A stretch of 64,000 nucleotides of DNA, taken from an uncultured delta proteobacterium. GTDB lineage: Bacteria > Myxococcota_A > Polyangia > Fen-1088. Made by a program: the position numbers and the translations under genes. The stretch covers positions 96,001 to 160,000 of the forward strand of contig CAVYGB010000009.1 of NCBI GenBank assembly GCA_963767925.1, written 5' to 3'. Positions 46,344 to 55,460 of the stretch are shown here, piece by piece (the first letter of the stretch is position 1; every line of letters starts with the position of its first letter). The notes under the pieces are model-generated. The model was not told the origin of the DNA and did no database searches. It was given only the letters and a program-made list of their open reading frames with translations.

Positions 46344-47468
46344 TCAGTTGCGGAGGAGGGGGAGGATCCGCTCGAGCGACGCGAGGTCGTGGGCGGCGGC
46401 GAAGGTGTCGACGTGGGGCAGGGCGGCCTCCATCCCGCCGGCCAGCGGCTGGTAGCGGGGGTCACCCAGCAGAGGGTTGAGCCAGATCAGCCGGCGCGCC
46501 CGCCGCTGGATCCGCGCGACGGCCTGGCCCAGGCGGACCGGATCGCCCCGATCGAGGCCATCGCTGACGATGACCACCGCGGTGGCGCCGTCGACCAGCC
46601 GATCGAGCCAGCGCTCGCCGAAGGTGGTGAGGCAGTCGCCGATGCGGGTGCCACCGGACCAGTCGGGCACCGCCGCCGCCAGCCGGTCGAGGGTGAGGTC
46701 GAGCTTGCCGGCCAGGAGCACCGGGGTCAGGTGGGTGAGCTCGGTGTTGAAGGTGAAGAGCTCCGCCCGGGGGATCACCCGCCGCACGGCCAGCGCGAAC
46801 AGCAGCAGGAACCGGGTGTGCCCCTGCATGGACCCGCTGGTGTCGCAGAGGAAGACCAGCCGCGGCTCGTGGGGCGCGGGGGCCCGGCGCAGCAGGGTGA
46901 GCAACTCGCCCGAGGTGGCCAGCGCGCGCCGGTGGCTCGCCCGCAGGTCGGGCCGACCGCGCCCCCGGGTGGGCACCAGCCGCCGCCCCGGGCGGGCGCG
47001 CAGGCGCTGGGCCAGGCGCTCGATCAGCCGGGCCATCTCCGCCTGATCCCGCTCCGATCCGGCGAGCGCGTCGAACGGCTTGCGCCGGAGCAGGGCCACC
47101 GGGCTGTAGCCCGGCCGATCCCCCGCCGGGTCGTCCGGGGCGCCCGCCACCAGCCGCCGGGCGTCCGGGTCCCAGCGCAGCGGCGGCTCCGGTAGCGGGG
47201 GTCGCGGCATCGCCGGGCGCGGCGCCGGCGCCGCCTCCTGGCCGGTCCAGAACGTGGCGAACAGGCGGTCGAAGAGCGCGAAGGCGCCGCGGGGGATCCG
47301 CAGCGCGATCCGCAGCGCCTGCCGCACCTCCTCCCGGTCGGCGCGATCGACGTGCCCCAGCGCCTCCGCTCCGTCGAGCTCCTCGCGCAGGCTGGTGCCC
47401 GCGCCCTCCGACCGCAGGGCCGCGCCCAGCCGGGCCAGGCGCGCCGCCCAGTCGACCGCGCCCTTCAC
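46344..47468 (-). CDS. coxE: CoxE von Willebrand A domain protein
   Basis: LCDTSGSM, DWSGGTRIG, IVSDGLDRG, LIWLNPL; GTG overlaps the coxD stop. Confidence 0.92.
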   Translation of the reverse strand: MKGAVDWAARLARLGAALRSEGAGTSLREELDGAEALGHVDRADREEVRQALRIALRIPRGAFALFDRLFATFWTGQEAAPAPRPAMPRPPLPEPPLRWDPDARRLVAGAPDDPAGDRPGYSPVALLRRKPFDALAGSERDQAEMARLIERLAQRLRARPGRRLVPTRGRGRPDLRASHRRALATSGELLTLLRRAPAPHEPRLVFLCDTSGSMQGHTRFLLLFALAVRRVIPRAELFTFNTELTHLTPVLLAGKLDLTLDRLAAAVPDWSGGTRIGDCLTTFGERWLDRLVDGATAVVIVSDGLDRGDPVRLGQAVARIQRRARRLIWLNPLLGDPRYQPLAGGMEAALPHVDTFAAAHDLASLERILPLLRN

Positions 47469-48370
47469 GGCGGCGGACCCTCCGGCGGAGCCTGCCGGGC
47501 CTGCTCGATCAGCGCGGCCAGGTCGGCGGACGTGAGCGACGCGAGGTCGCGGCTGTCCTTGAGGAGGCAGCCCAGCGTCTGGCTGGTCGGCTCGGGCTGC
47601 AGCGACGGGCTCTGCAGCAGGAGCTGGGCGCGCACGAAGTCGAGGGTCTCGGCGACGCCGGGGGGCTTGATCAGGCGGCGCGCGCGCAGGGCGGCCACGA
47701 AGCCGGCCACCTCGGCGCCGAGGCGGCCGGAGGCGTCCGGGCAGCGGCTGCGGATGATGCGCACCTCCTTGTCGAAGCCGGGGTGGTCGACGTGCAGGTA
47801 CAGGCAGCGGCGGCGGAGGGCGTCGCCGAGGTCGCGGGTGCGGTTGGAGGTGAGGAGCACGCACGGCGGGTGGGTGGCGCGGATGGTGCCGAGCTCGGGG
47901 ATGGTCACCTGCCAGTCCGAGAGGATCTCGAGCAGAAAGGCCTCGAAGCCGTCGTCGGCCCGGTCGACCTCGTCGATCAGCAGGACCGCCGGCCGATCGG
48001 GGCGGGTGAGGGCGGCCAGCAGGGGGCGCTCGAGCAAGCAGTCGCGGCTGAAGATCTGCGACTCGAGGGCGCTGCGCGGCTCGTTGCGGCCCTCGGCGAT
48101 GCGCAGGCGCAGGAGCTGGCGCGGGTAGTCCCACTCGTAGAGGGCCGTGTGCACGTCGAGGCCCTGGTAACACTGCAGGCGGATCAGCTCGGTGCCGCGC
48201 AGGCGGGCCAGCACCTTGGCCAGCTCGGTCTTGCCCACCCCGGCGTCCCCCTCGACGAGCAGGGGCTTGCCCATCTGCTGCATGAGGTAGAGCGCGGTGG
48301 CGATGGCCGGCTCGGCGATGTACCCCTCCCGCTCGAGAACCTGGCGCAGCTCCTCGATCGCGGGGGTCAC
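47465..48370 (-). CDS. coxD: CoxD MoxR-type AAA+ ATPase
   Basis: LLVEGDAGVGKT, IRLQCYQGLD, LLIDEVDRAD, DALRRRC. Confidence 0.93.
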   Translation of the reverse strand: MTPAIEELRQVLEREGYIAEPAIATALYLMQQMGKPLLVEGDAGVGKTELAKVLARLRGTELIRLQCYQGLDVHTALYEWDYPRQLLRLRIAEGRNEPRSALESQIFSRDCLLERPLLAALTRPDRPAVLLIDEVDRADDGFEAFLLEILSDWQVTIPELGTIRATHPPCVLLTSNRTRDLGDALRRRCLYLHVDHPGFDKEVRIIRSRCPDASGRLGAEVAGFVAALRARRLIKPPGVAETLDFVRAQLLLQSPSLQPEPTSQTLGCLLKDSRDLASLTSADLAALIEQARQAPPEGPPP

Positions 48371-49365
48371 GGGGCCTCCAGGTACCGCTGGGGCGCGGCC
48401 TGGAACCGCTGCTGGCAGCCCGCGCAGCAGAAGAAGTAGTCGCTGCCCTGGTGAGTGGCCCGCGGCGCGCGCCCCCGATCCCGCACCGCCATACCACACA
48501 CGGGATCCCGCGCCGCCGCCTCGGCCGGCGGGCTCGCCACCTCCGGCCGCGGACCGGCGCCGTTCCGCGCGCTCGGCTGGTCCTCGCGCTGGCGCCGCTG
48601 CTGCACGATCTCCGCCAGGATCCCGAGGGCGATCTCCTCGGGCAGGTGGGCGCCGAGGTCGAGCCCGGCCGGGTTCTTGATCCGGGCGAGCGCCTCGGCC
48701 GGCGCCTGCTCGGACAGCAGCGCGCGCATCTCGGCGAAGCGGCGGGCGCTGGCCACCACCGACAGGTAGTCGGGCTGCTGGGCGAGGGCGGCCAGGACGG
48801 CGGGCTCGTCCCAGTCGCCCTGGGTGGCCACCACCGCGAACAGCGGCCCCGAGCTGCGGTCGAGGCGGAGCTGGGCCGGATCGCTGGCGAGGCTGTCGGC
48901 GCCGGGGAAGGTGTCGGCGTCGGCCGCCGGATCGACGGCGTGGACCCGGTAGCCCAGCGCCACCCCCAGCCGCACCAGCGCGCGGGCGATGGGCGAGGCG
49001 CCGTAGACAACGAGCTGGGGGGGCGGCAAGACCGGCTGTATGTGAATCTCCACGCTGCCTCCGCTGTGGCAAGTCATCGGGAACACCGTCAGGCCCGGGC
49101 GGCGGTAGCGCTCCGGATCGGGATCGAGGGCGACCAGGCGGGGGCGGCGGTCGGCCAGCGCGGCCAGCGCCTCGGCGATCACGGTGGGCCGGGTGCAGCT
49201 CCCGCCCACCCAGCCGTGAAAGCCCCCCGCGCGGGTCACCAGCGCCATGTCGCCGGTCTGGGCCGACATCGGCGGCCGGCGCGCCACCACGGTCGCGAGG
49301 GCGAACGGCTCCCCCCGGCGCGACAGCTCGGAGGCCAGCTCGAGCAGGTCCCTCCGCATCTTCAT
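48367..49365 (-). CDS. coxF: XdhC/CoxF-family Moco maturation protein with C-terminal YHS domain
   Basis: GWVGGSC, MTCHSGG, PAGLDLGA..PEEIALGILAEIV; RDPVCGMAV...YFFCCAGCQQRF. Confidence 0.85.
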   Translation of the reverse strand: MKMRRDLLELASELSRRGEPFALATVVARRPPMSAQTGDMALVTRAGGFHGWVGGSCTRPTVIAEALAALADRRPRLVALDPDPERYRRPGLTVFPMTCHSGGSVEIHIQPVLPPPQLVVYGASPIARALVRLGVALGYRVHAVDPAADADTFPGADSLASDPAQLRLDRSSGPLFAVVATQGDWDEPAVLAALAQQPDYLSVVASARRFAEMRALLSEQAPAEALARIKNPAGLDLGAHLPEEIALGILAEIVQQRRQREDQPSARNGAGPRPEVASPPAEAAARDPVCGMAVRDRGRAPRATHQGSDYFFCCAGCQQRFQAAPQRYLEAP

Positions 49366-50054
49366 CCCTCCCGGCTGGCGCGCGGGTCGATCGCGGCGGC
49401 CGGCGCGCCGCGCGCCGCCGCGGCCCCGGCTGCCCCCTGCGCCGGTCCGGCGGGCAACTCCGGATCGGCCGTCACGCCGGCGTAGTCCTCGGCCACGTCG
49501 ATGTCGCGCAGGGCGGCCTCCGGCCAGGACACCGCCGCCGCCTCGGCCCGATGGCGGCGCACCACCTGCTTGCCGCAGCCTTCACCGGCCATCGCCAGCA
49601 GCTCCGGGTAGAGGGCCCGCTGGTACAGCATCGGCGGGGCCTCGACCTCGCCGTAGCGGGAGACGACGAGGGGGGCGCCGCTCTCGCGGTAGCGGGCGAC
49701 CAGCGCCGCGAGCATCGCCGCCGTCACGTAGGGCATGTCGGCGAGGACCACCACCAGGGCGTCCGCCTCGCCGGCGGCCCGGGCCACCCCCACCTGCAAG
49801 GAGGCGCGCACCCCCTCGGCGTAATGGGGGTTGACCACCGTCGCGCAGGGCAACCCGGCCAGCGCGCCCGCCACCCCCTCGGCCTCGTGCCCCAGCACGG
49901 CGATCACCGGATCGAGGCCGGCGGCCAGCGCGGCCCGCACCGCCCGCCGCACCAGCGGCTCGCCGCCGATCTCGAGCAACAGCTTGTTCTCGCCCATCCG
50001 GCTCGACGAGCCGGCCGCCAGGACCACCGCGGCCACCCGGTCAGGCGCAAGCAT
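49362..50054 (-). CDS. mocA: Molybdenum cofactor cytidylyltransferase (MocA-like)
   Basis: VLAAGSSSRMGENKLLL, LADMP, DIDVAEDY; context of an MCD-dependent enzyme. Confidence 0.85.
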   Translation of the reverse strand: MLAPDRVAAVVLAAGSSSRMGENKLLLEIGGEPLVRRAVRAALAAGLDPVIAVLGHEAEGVAGALAGLPCATVVNPHYAEGVRASLQVGVARAAGEADALVVVLADMPYVTAAMLAALVARYRESGAPLVVSRYGEVEAPPMLYQRALYPELLAMAGEGCGKQVVRRHRAEAAAVSWPEAALRDIDVAEDYAGVTADPELPAGPAQGAAGAAAARGAPAAAIDPRASREG

Positions 50055-51147
50055 GCAGGGCCACCGTCCTTTCGCGCAGGTGCTGCGGGGTGCGGCCCGA
50101 AAGGACCGCCAGGGCCTCGGCGACCACGCTCAGCGCCACCTGCTCGGGCCCGTCGGCGCCCAGGTCGAGCCCCACCGGGGCGAACACCCGCCCGCGCTGG
50201 GCTGGCGAGAGGCGGGCCAGGATCTTCTCGCTGCGCGCGCGGGGGCCCAGCAGCCCCAGGTAGGCCACCTCGGCGGCCAGCAGGCGGGCCACCCAGTTCC
50301 CGTCGTGCTCGTAAGAGTGGGTCTTCACCACCGCGAAGGTGTCGCGCCCGACGGGCAGGTCGGCGCCGGGCTGGTCGGCTCGCATGCGGATCAGCCGCTC
50401 CGCCTCGGGAAAACGCCGGGCGGTCAGGTGGGCCGGCCGGTGGTCGGCGACGACCACCCGGAACCCGACCGCCGCCGCGAAGTGGACCAGCGCCCGGGCG
50501 TCGTCGCCCGCCCCGCACACCAGCAGGCGGGGCGGCGGCAGCAGCACCTCGCTGAAGATCCGCCGCTCGCCCACCACCTGCAGCGCCGTCCGCCGGGCCT
50601 GCAGGGCGGTCCGCGCGGCCGCCTCCACCTCCGCCGCTGCCCGGCCCTCGGGCAGGGCCAGCAGCGCGGGCCCGGTCTCGCCGAGCAGCAGGAAGCCGCC
50701 CGGGCCTCCCTCCTGCAGCACGGTGGCGAGGACCAGAGCCTCGTCGCCGCGCAGCCGCGCCGGGAGCGCCGTGAACAGATCGAGCGCCGGCCGATCGATC
50801 GGCTGCACCGCCAGGTCGACCTGCCCGTTGCAGCCCAGCCCCAGGCCCCAGATCTGCGTGTCGTCGTCGCCGGTGTCGTAGCGGAGCAGGCGGGCCCGCC
50901 CGCTCGCCATGACCTCCCGGCCGATGCGGCGGACGTCCTCTTCCAGGCAGCCGCCGCTGACCCCGCCCAGCATGGCGCCCTCGGGCTCGATCAGCAGCTT
51001 GGCCCCGGGCCGGCGATAGGCCGAGCCCTCGATGTGGGTCACGATGGCCAGCGCGGCCACGCGCTCTGATCGATCTCCGCCGCGCGCGTCGTCACCGAGA
51101 CACGCAACCCGACCCGCGATATGCCCCAGCTCCTGCCAGTGCTTCAT
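50041..51147 (-). CDS. XdhC/CoxI-family protein
   Basis: GSAYRRPGAK, GGVSGGCLE, WGLGLGCNG, YLGLLGPRAR, PVGLDLGADGPEQVALS. Confidence 0.9.
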   Translation of the reverse strand: MKHWQELGHIAGRVACLGDDARGGDRSERVAALAIVTHIEGSAYRRPGAKLLIEPEGAMLGGVSGGCLEEDVRRIGREVMASGRARLLRYDTGDDDTQIWGLGLGCNGQVDLAVQPIDRPALDLFTALPARLRGDEALVLATVLQEGGPGGFLLLGETGPALLALPEGRAAAEVEAAARTALQARRTALQVVGERRIFSEVLLPPPRLLVCGAGDDARALVHFAAAVGFRVVVADHRPAHLTARRFPEAERLIRMRADQPGADLPVGRDTFAVVKTHSYEHDGNWVARLLAAEVAYLGLLGPRARSEKILARLSPAQRGRVFAPVGLDLGADGPEQVALSVVAEALAVLSGRTPQHLRERTVALHACA

Positions 51148-51257
51148 TGCCAGCCCCCGGCGCTTCGGAGCACGGCCCAGCTCCCTGATCGCGGTCAGTC
51201 TATCCCCCTCCCGATCGGAGTCAAGCAGCCCACGCCTCGCGTGCTACCGTCAGGGGC

Positions 51258-52463
51258 GTGTGGGCGAGGGAGGACTTTCCGGCGCTGGCGGCGCGGGTTC
51301 ACGGCCATCCACTGGTGTACCTGGACAACGCCGCCACCACCCAGGTCCCCCGATCGGTGATCGATCGGATGACCCGCTTCGTCGGGGAAGGACGCGCGAA
51401 CGTCCACCGCGGCGTGCATGCGCTGGCCGAGCGGGCGAGCGCCACCTACGAGGCCGCCCGGGTGCGGGCCGCAAGCTTCGTCGGGGCCCGCCACCCCGAG
51501 GAGGTGATCTTCGTACGCGGAGCGACCGAGGCGATCAACCTGGTGGCGCGTACCTTCGGGCAGGCCCGCTTGAGGCCGGAGGACGAGGTCCTCGTCACCA
51601 CCCTCGAGCACCACTCGAACATCGTACCCTGGCAGATGGTCTGCGCCGAGCGCGGCGCCCACCTGCGGGCCGCTCCCGTCGGGGAGGAGGGGGACCTCGA
51701 TCTCGAGGCCCTCGATCGCCTGATCGGTCCGCGCACCCGCCTGGTAGCCGTGACCCACGTGTCCAACGCCATCGGAACCGTCACCCCCATCCGGTCGATC
51801 GTCGCGCGGGCCCACGCCCGCGGGGTGCCGGTGCTGGTCGACGGCGCGCAGGCGGCGGCCCACCTGCCGATCGACGTGCAGGCGCTCGGCTGCGACTTCT
51901 ACGTGCTGTCCGGCCACAAGTGTTTCGGCCCCACCGGCATCGGGCTGCTCTACGGGCGGGCCGAGCTGCTCGAGGAAATGCCGCCCTTCATGGGCGGCGG
52001 CGACATGGTGAGCGCGGTGAGCTTCGAGCGCACCAGCTACGCCGGCGTGCCCCGCCGCTTCGAGGCCGGCACCCCCAACGTCGAGGGGGCGGTGGGCCTG
52101 GCCGCCGCCTTCGACTATCTCGGCGCCCTCGATCGCGTGGCCCTCGCCGCCCACGAGCAGGATCTGCTGGCCCACGCGACGGCCGCCCTGGCGGCGGTGC
52201 CCGGGCTACGCCTGGTGGGCCGGGCCCGGGACAAGACGCCCATCGTCTCGTTCGTGCTGGCGGGGGTGCACGCCCACGACGTGGGCACCATCGTCGACCG
52301 GGAGGGCGTGGCCATCCGCACCGGGCACCACTGCGCCCAGCCCCTGCTCGAGCGCTTCGGGCTGGCGGCCACCGCCCGCGCCTCGATGGCCCTCTACAAC
52401 ACCCGGGCCGACATCGACGCCCTGGTGGCGGCGCTGGGCTCGGTGGCGGAGGTGTTCCGCTGA
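51258..52463 (+). CDS. sufS: SufS-type (group II) cysteine desulfurase
   Basis: YLDNAATTQ, EHHSNIVPW, SGHKCFGPTGIG, EAGTP, RTGHHCAQP. Confidence 0.94.
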   Translation: MWAREDFPALAARVHGHPLVYLDNAATTQVPRSVIDRMTRFVGEGRANVHRGVHALAERASATYEAARVRAASFVGARHPEEVIFVRGATEAINLVARTFGQARLRPEDEVLVTTLEHHSNIVPWQMVCAERGAHLRAAPVGEEGDLDLEALDRLIGPRTRLVAVTHVSNAIGTVTPIRSIVARAHARGVPVLVDGAQAAAHLPIDVQALGCDFYVLSGHKCFGPTGIGLLYGRAELLEEMPPFMGGGDMVSAVSFERTSYAGVPRRFEAGTPNVEGAVGLAAAFDYLGALDRVALAAHEQDLLAHATAALAAVPGLRLVGRARDKTPIVSFVLAGVHAHDVGTIVDREGVAIRTGHHCAQPLLERFGLAATARASMALYNTRADIDALVAALGSVAEVFR

Positions 52464-52936
52464 TGGACGGGCCGCCGTCGCTGCACGCGCTCTACCAGGC
52501 GGCCATCCTCGATCACAGCCGCCACCCGCGCCGCTTCGGGCCGCTGCCGGAGGCCAGCCACCGGGCCCACCGGAGCAACCCGCTGTGCGGCGATGCCCTC
52601 ACGGTGGCCCTCGCGCTGGACCCCGGCGCGGGTGCGGCGGCCGGCGGCGCCCGCATCGACGACGTCCGCTTCGAGGGGGAGGGGTGCGCCCTCACCGTGG
52701 CCGCGGCCTCGCTGATGGCGGAGGCGGTCGCTGGCCGGACCGGGGCCGAGGCCGAGGCGCTGGCCGATCGCTTCTGCCGGTTCGTGGCGGGGGAGGCCCG
52801 GCCCGACGATCCGACCGCCGACCTCGGCCCGCTCGCCGCGTTCGCCGCCGTGGCCCGCTTCCCGGCCCGGGTCGAGTGCGCGCGCCTGCCCTGGCTGGCG
52901 CTGCTGGACGCGTTGTGCTCCCGAGCCGGGCGGTAA
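52463..52936 (+). CDS. sufU: SufU/IscU-like sulfur-transfer protein
   Basis: LYQAAILDH, NPLCGD, FEGEGCA, FPARVECA; TGATG coupling to sufS. Confidence 0.92.
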   Translation: MDGPPSLHALYQAAILDHSRHPRRFGPLPEASHRAHRSNPLCGDALTVALALDPGAGAAAGGARIDDVRFEGEGCALTVAAASLMAEAVAGRTGAEAEALADRFCRFVAGEARPDDPTADLGPLAAFAAVARFPARVECARLPWLALLDALCSRAGR

Positions 52937-53053
52937 CCGCCGGACGGCGGGACGTTCCCCCCCGGTGACCGATCCCGCCGGGGGCGCCCCCGAGGTGAGA
53001 ATATCGCCGGTTTTCGCGGGGTTCTTCCCGGGTCCGGTTTGGCACAGGGGTTG

Positions 53054-53302
53054 ATGGTGAGAGGAGGTGTGCGGCGCAGCCGGAGCTGTCGCCACACCGA
53101 AAGAGGTGGTGCCTTGAGATTTGCCTTCTGCAAGGGACGTGAAGTCGCGCCCGAGACCGCGGTCGCCATCGCCGAGTCCGCCTCGGGACCCGACGGGCGC
53201 GTGGTCTGGGAAACCAAGATCCAGAGCCACGAGGTGTTCGTCTGGTGGCTGCCCGACGGCAGCCGCATCCTCGGCTTCATGCCGGCGCGGGACGCGAACT
53301 GA
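53054..53302 (+). CDS. Small hypothetical protein
   Basis: GC3-rich ORF; a sigma54-like TGGCAC-N5-TTGA lies at 53040; start uncertain. Confidence 0.4.
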   Translation: MVRGGVRRSRSCRHTERGGALRFAFCKGREVAPETAVAIAESASGPDGRVVWETKIQSHEVFVWWLPDGSRILGFMPARDAN

Positions 53303-53311
53303 GCGAAGCGG

Positions 53312-53581
53312 TCAGCTCGGCAGGCGCGGCGAGGTCCGCGGGGGCGCCGGGGGCGCCGGGGGCGCCGTGCCTCCCCGGACTGATCCGACCAGAAGTACGA
53401 TCTTGACGTCGGCGCCTAACCGCTCGCGGACCGCCTGCTTGATGTTCTCGACCAGGTGGGGATAGGTCCGGCCGGTCGCCAGCTCGGTGCCGTTCTCCAG
53501 CCGGGCGATCATGCGCCGCCCCCGGCCTGTGCCCTCGATGTGCACGCGCAGCCGCCTCTCCGCGCCCCCCTCGTCGTTCAT
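53312..53581 (-). CDS. Small hypothetical protein
   Basis: 89-aa ORF with plausible composition, convergent with the previous ORF. Confidence 0.5.
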   Translation of the reverse strand: MNDEGGAERRLRVHIEGTGRGRRMIARLENGTELATGRTYPHLVENIKQAVRERLGADVKIVLLVGSVRGGTAPPAPPAPPRTSPRLPS

Positions 53582-53787
53582 CGCTTCGACGCTAGCGTCC
53601 GGCTGGCACCGCCGGGATAGGGTCGACTACCAGATCCCTCGCGCGGCCTCGGGGGCCACCCGTGAAGGTCGTCCCGGGGCGCGTCGAGACCGTACCTGCG
53701 GGCCCCGGCACCAAGGGGTAGAACCGGAGCACGGCACCCGACCGCCGCCGGGGTTCCGCCCCCCTTCTCCCCGCCCGGCGTGATCAC

Positions 53788-54039
53788 CTGGCCTTCCGGC
53801 TCACCCCGCTGCTGGCCTGCTCCCTCCTCGCGACCGCCGTCTTCGGCGGCTCCGCCCGGGCCTGGAGCGCCCCGCTGCAGGTGGCGGGCGGCGTGACAAC
53901 CGTGCGGGACATGGACAACGACAACGCCGTCCTCGGCGACCTCATCACCCGCATCGACGCCGGCACCAGCATCGGCCCCCGCATGCCCCTCGCCCCGGCG
54001 TTGACCATCGCCAGCAGCGCTGCGCGCGAGCGCCGTTGA
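53788..54039 (+). pseudogene. Amidohydrolase remnant (signal peptide joined to an internal fragment)
   Basis: Hand translation LTPLLACSLLATAVFGGSARA...AGGVTTVRDMDNDN...RIDAGTSIGPR*. Confidence 0.6.
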
Positions 54040-54106
54040 CCGGACAAAGTGACGTTCCGGCCCAGCCGGTCTGAACGAGCTGCTAGGCTGCGCCCAGGGG
54101 GTACCC

Positions 54107-54970
54107 ATGCGCACGGCATACCTGGCGGCCGTGGCCAGCGCCCTGGCCGCCATCTTCGGCTCCGCGCTCGCCCAGGTCGGCGGCGCGGTTCCGGCCACGC
54201 CCGAAGTGGTGTCGCCGCTGGGCGCGCGCTTCTTCGCTCGCCCCGACAAGAAGGACGCCATCGCCCAGGCCCGCAAGAAGCTGGAAGCGACCCCCGACCG
54301 CGTCGAGGCCATCGTCGCCCTGGCCCAGGCTCAGGTCGACGCCCTCCGGCTGCGCGACGCCGTCGCCAGCTACACCCGGGCGATCCAGCTCGCCCCCGAC
54401 GACGCCCTGCTGTACCGCTACCGTGGCCACCGCTACATCTCCCTGCGCCAGTTCGACCGGGCCATCGCCGACCTCGAGCGAGGCGCCCGCCTCGACACCA
54501 CGCGCTTCGAGATCTGGTTCCACCTGGGCCTGGCCTATTACCTCAACGGCAAGTTCGCCCAGGCGGCGGTTGCCTACGAGAAGGCCTATCAAGTGGCCGA
54601 TCAGGACGACCCGCGCCTGGCCGCCTCGGATTGGCTCTACATGAGCCACCGCCGGGAGGGCAACGAGTCGGCGGCCCGGCGCGTCCTCGAGCGCATCGGC
54701 CCCGACCTCAAGGCCGCCGAGGACACGACGTACCTCGACCGCCTCCTGTTTTACAAGGGGCTGCGCAAGGAGGGGCAGATCTTCCACCGCCGCCTCGACG
54801 AGCGGCAGCGCGCCACCATGGGCTACGGTATCGGCAACTGGCACCTTTATAGCGGCGACAAGGTGGCAGCCCGCCGCATCTTCGAGCGGGTGCTCACCAG
54901 CAAGGAGTGGGCGGCCTTCGGCTTCATCGCCGCCGAGAACGAGCTGGCCAGCTGGGCCGGGCCGCCGTGA
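54107..54970 (+). CDS. Secreted tetratricopeptide-repeat protein
   Basis: Signal peptide, [40 protein letters not shown]. Confidence 0.88.
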   Translation: MRTAYLAAVASALAAIFGSALAQVGGAVPATPEVVSPLGARFFARPDKKDAIAQARKKLEATPDRVEAIVALAQAQVDALRLRDAVASYTRAIQLAPDDALLYRYRGHRYISLRQFDRAIADLERGARLDTTRFEIWFHLGLAYYLNGKFAQAAVAYEKAYQVADQDDPRLAASDWLYMSHRREGNESAARRVLERIGPDLKAAEDTTYLDRLLFYKGLRKEGQIFHRRLDERQRATMGYGIGNWHLYSGDKVAARRIFERVLTSKEWAAFGFIAAENELASWAGPP

Positions 54971-54984
54971 TAAAACGCCCTCCT

Positions 54985-55460
54985 TCGACCACGTGTTCGC
55001 CACCTTCGAATACGCCGGCGGCCGCACCGTCACCTTCACCTCGATCGAGTCGAACGCCCACGAGAGCACCTTCGAGCAGGTGATGGGGACCAGGGGGACG
55101 CTGGTCCTGGCGGCAACAGCGAGGGGTTCCTGTTCAACGAGGGCGGGCCGGCTCCCGCCGCCGCCGCGCCTTCACCCGCGCCAGCGGCGCCGGTCGCGGC
55201 GCCAGTCGGGCCCGAGCGAAGCGAAGGAACCCGACTACTTCGAAAACCGTCCCTGGCGCGCGGACCGGCTCCGCCTGCCAACGCCCCCCGGACCGGCTGG
55301 TGGCTCGCCTATCACGACGAGATAGCCGCCTTCTGTGCGGCGATTCGCGAGGGGGCTCCCTTGCGCTGTGGACCGGACGAGGCCCTCGGCAGCGCCATGG
55401 CCTGCATCCGGGCCGAGGAGGCCGACTTTCAGCGGGCACGGCTCACCCTCCCCGCCCTCA
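54985..55460 (+). pseudogene. C-terminal fragment of a Gfo/Idh/MocA oxidoreductase, frameshifted
   Basis: [23 protein letters not shown]...[12 protein letters not shown]; later, in another frame, [29 protein letters not shown]. Confidence 0.7.
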
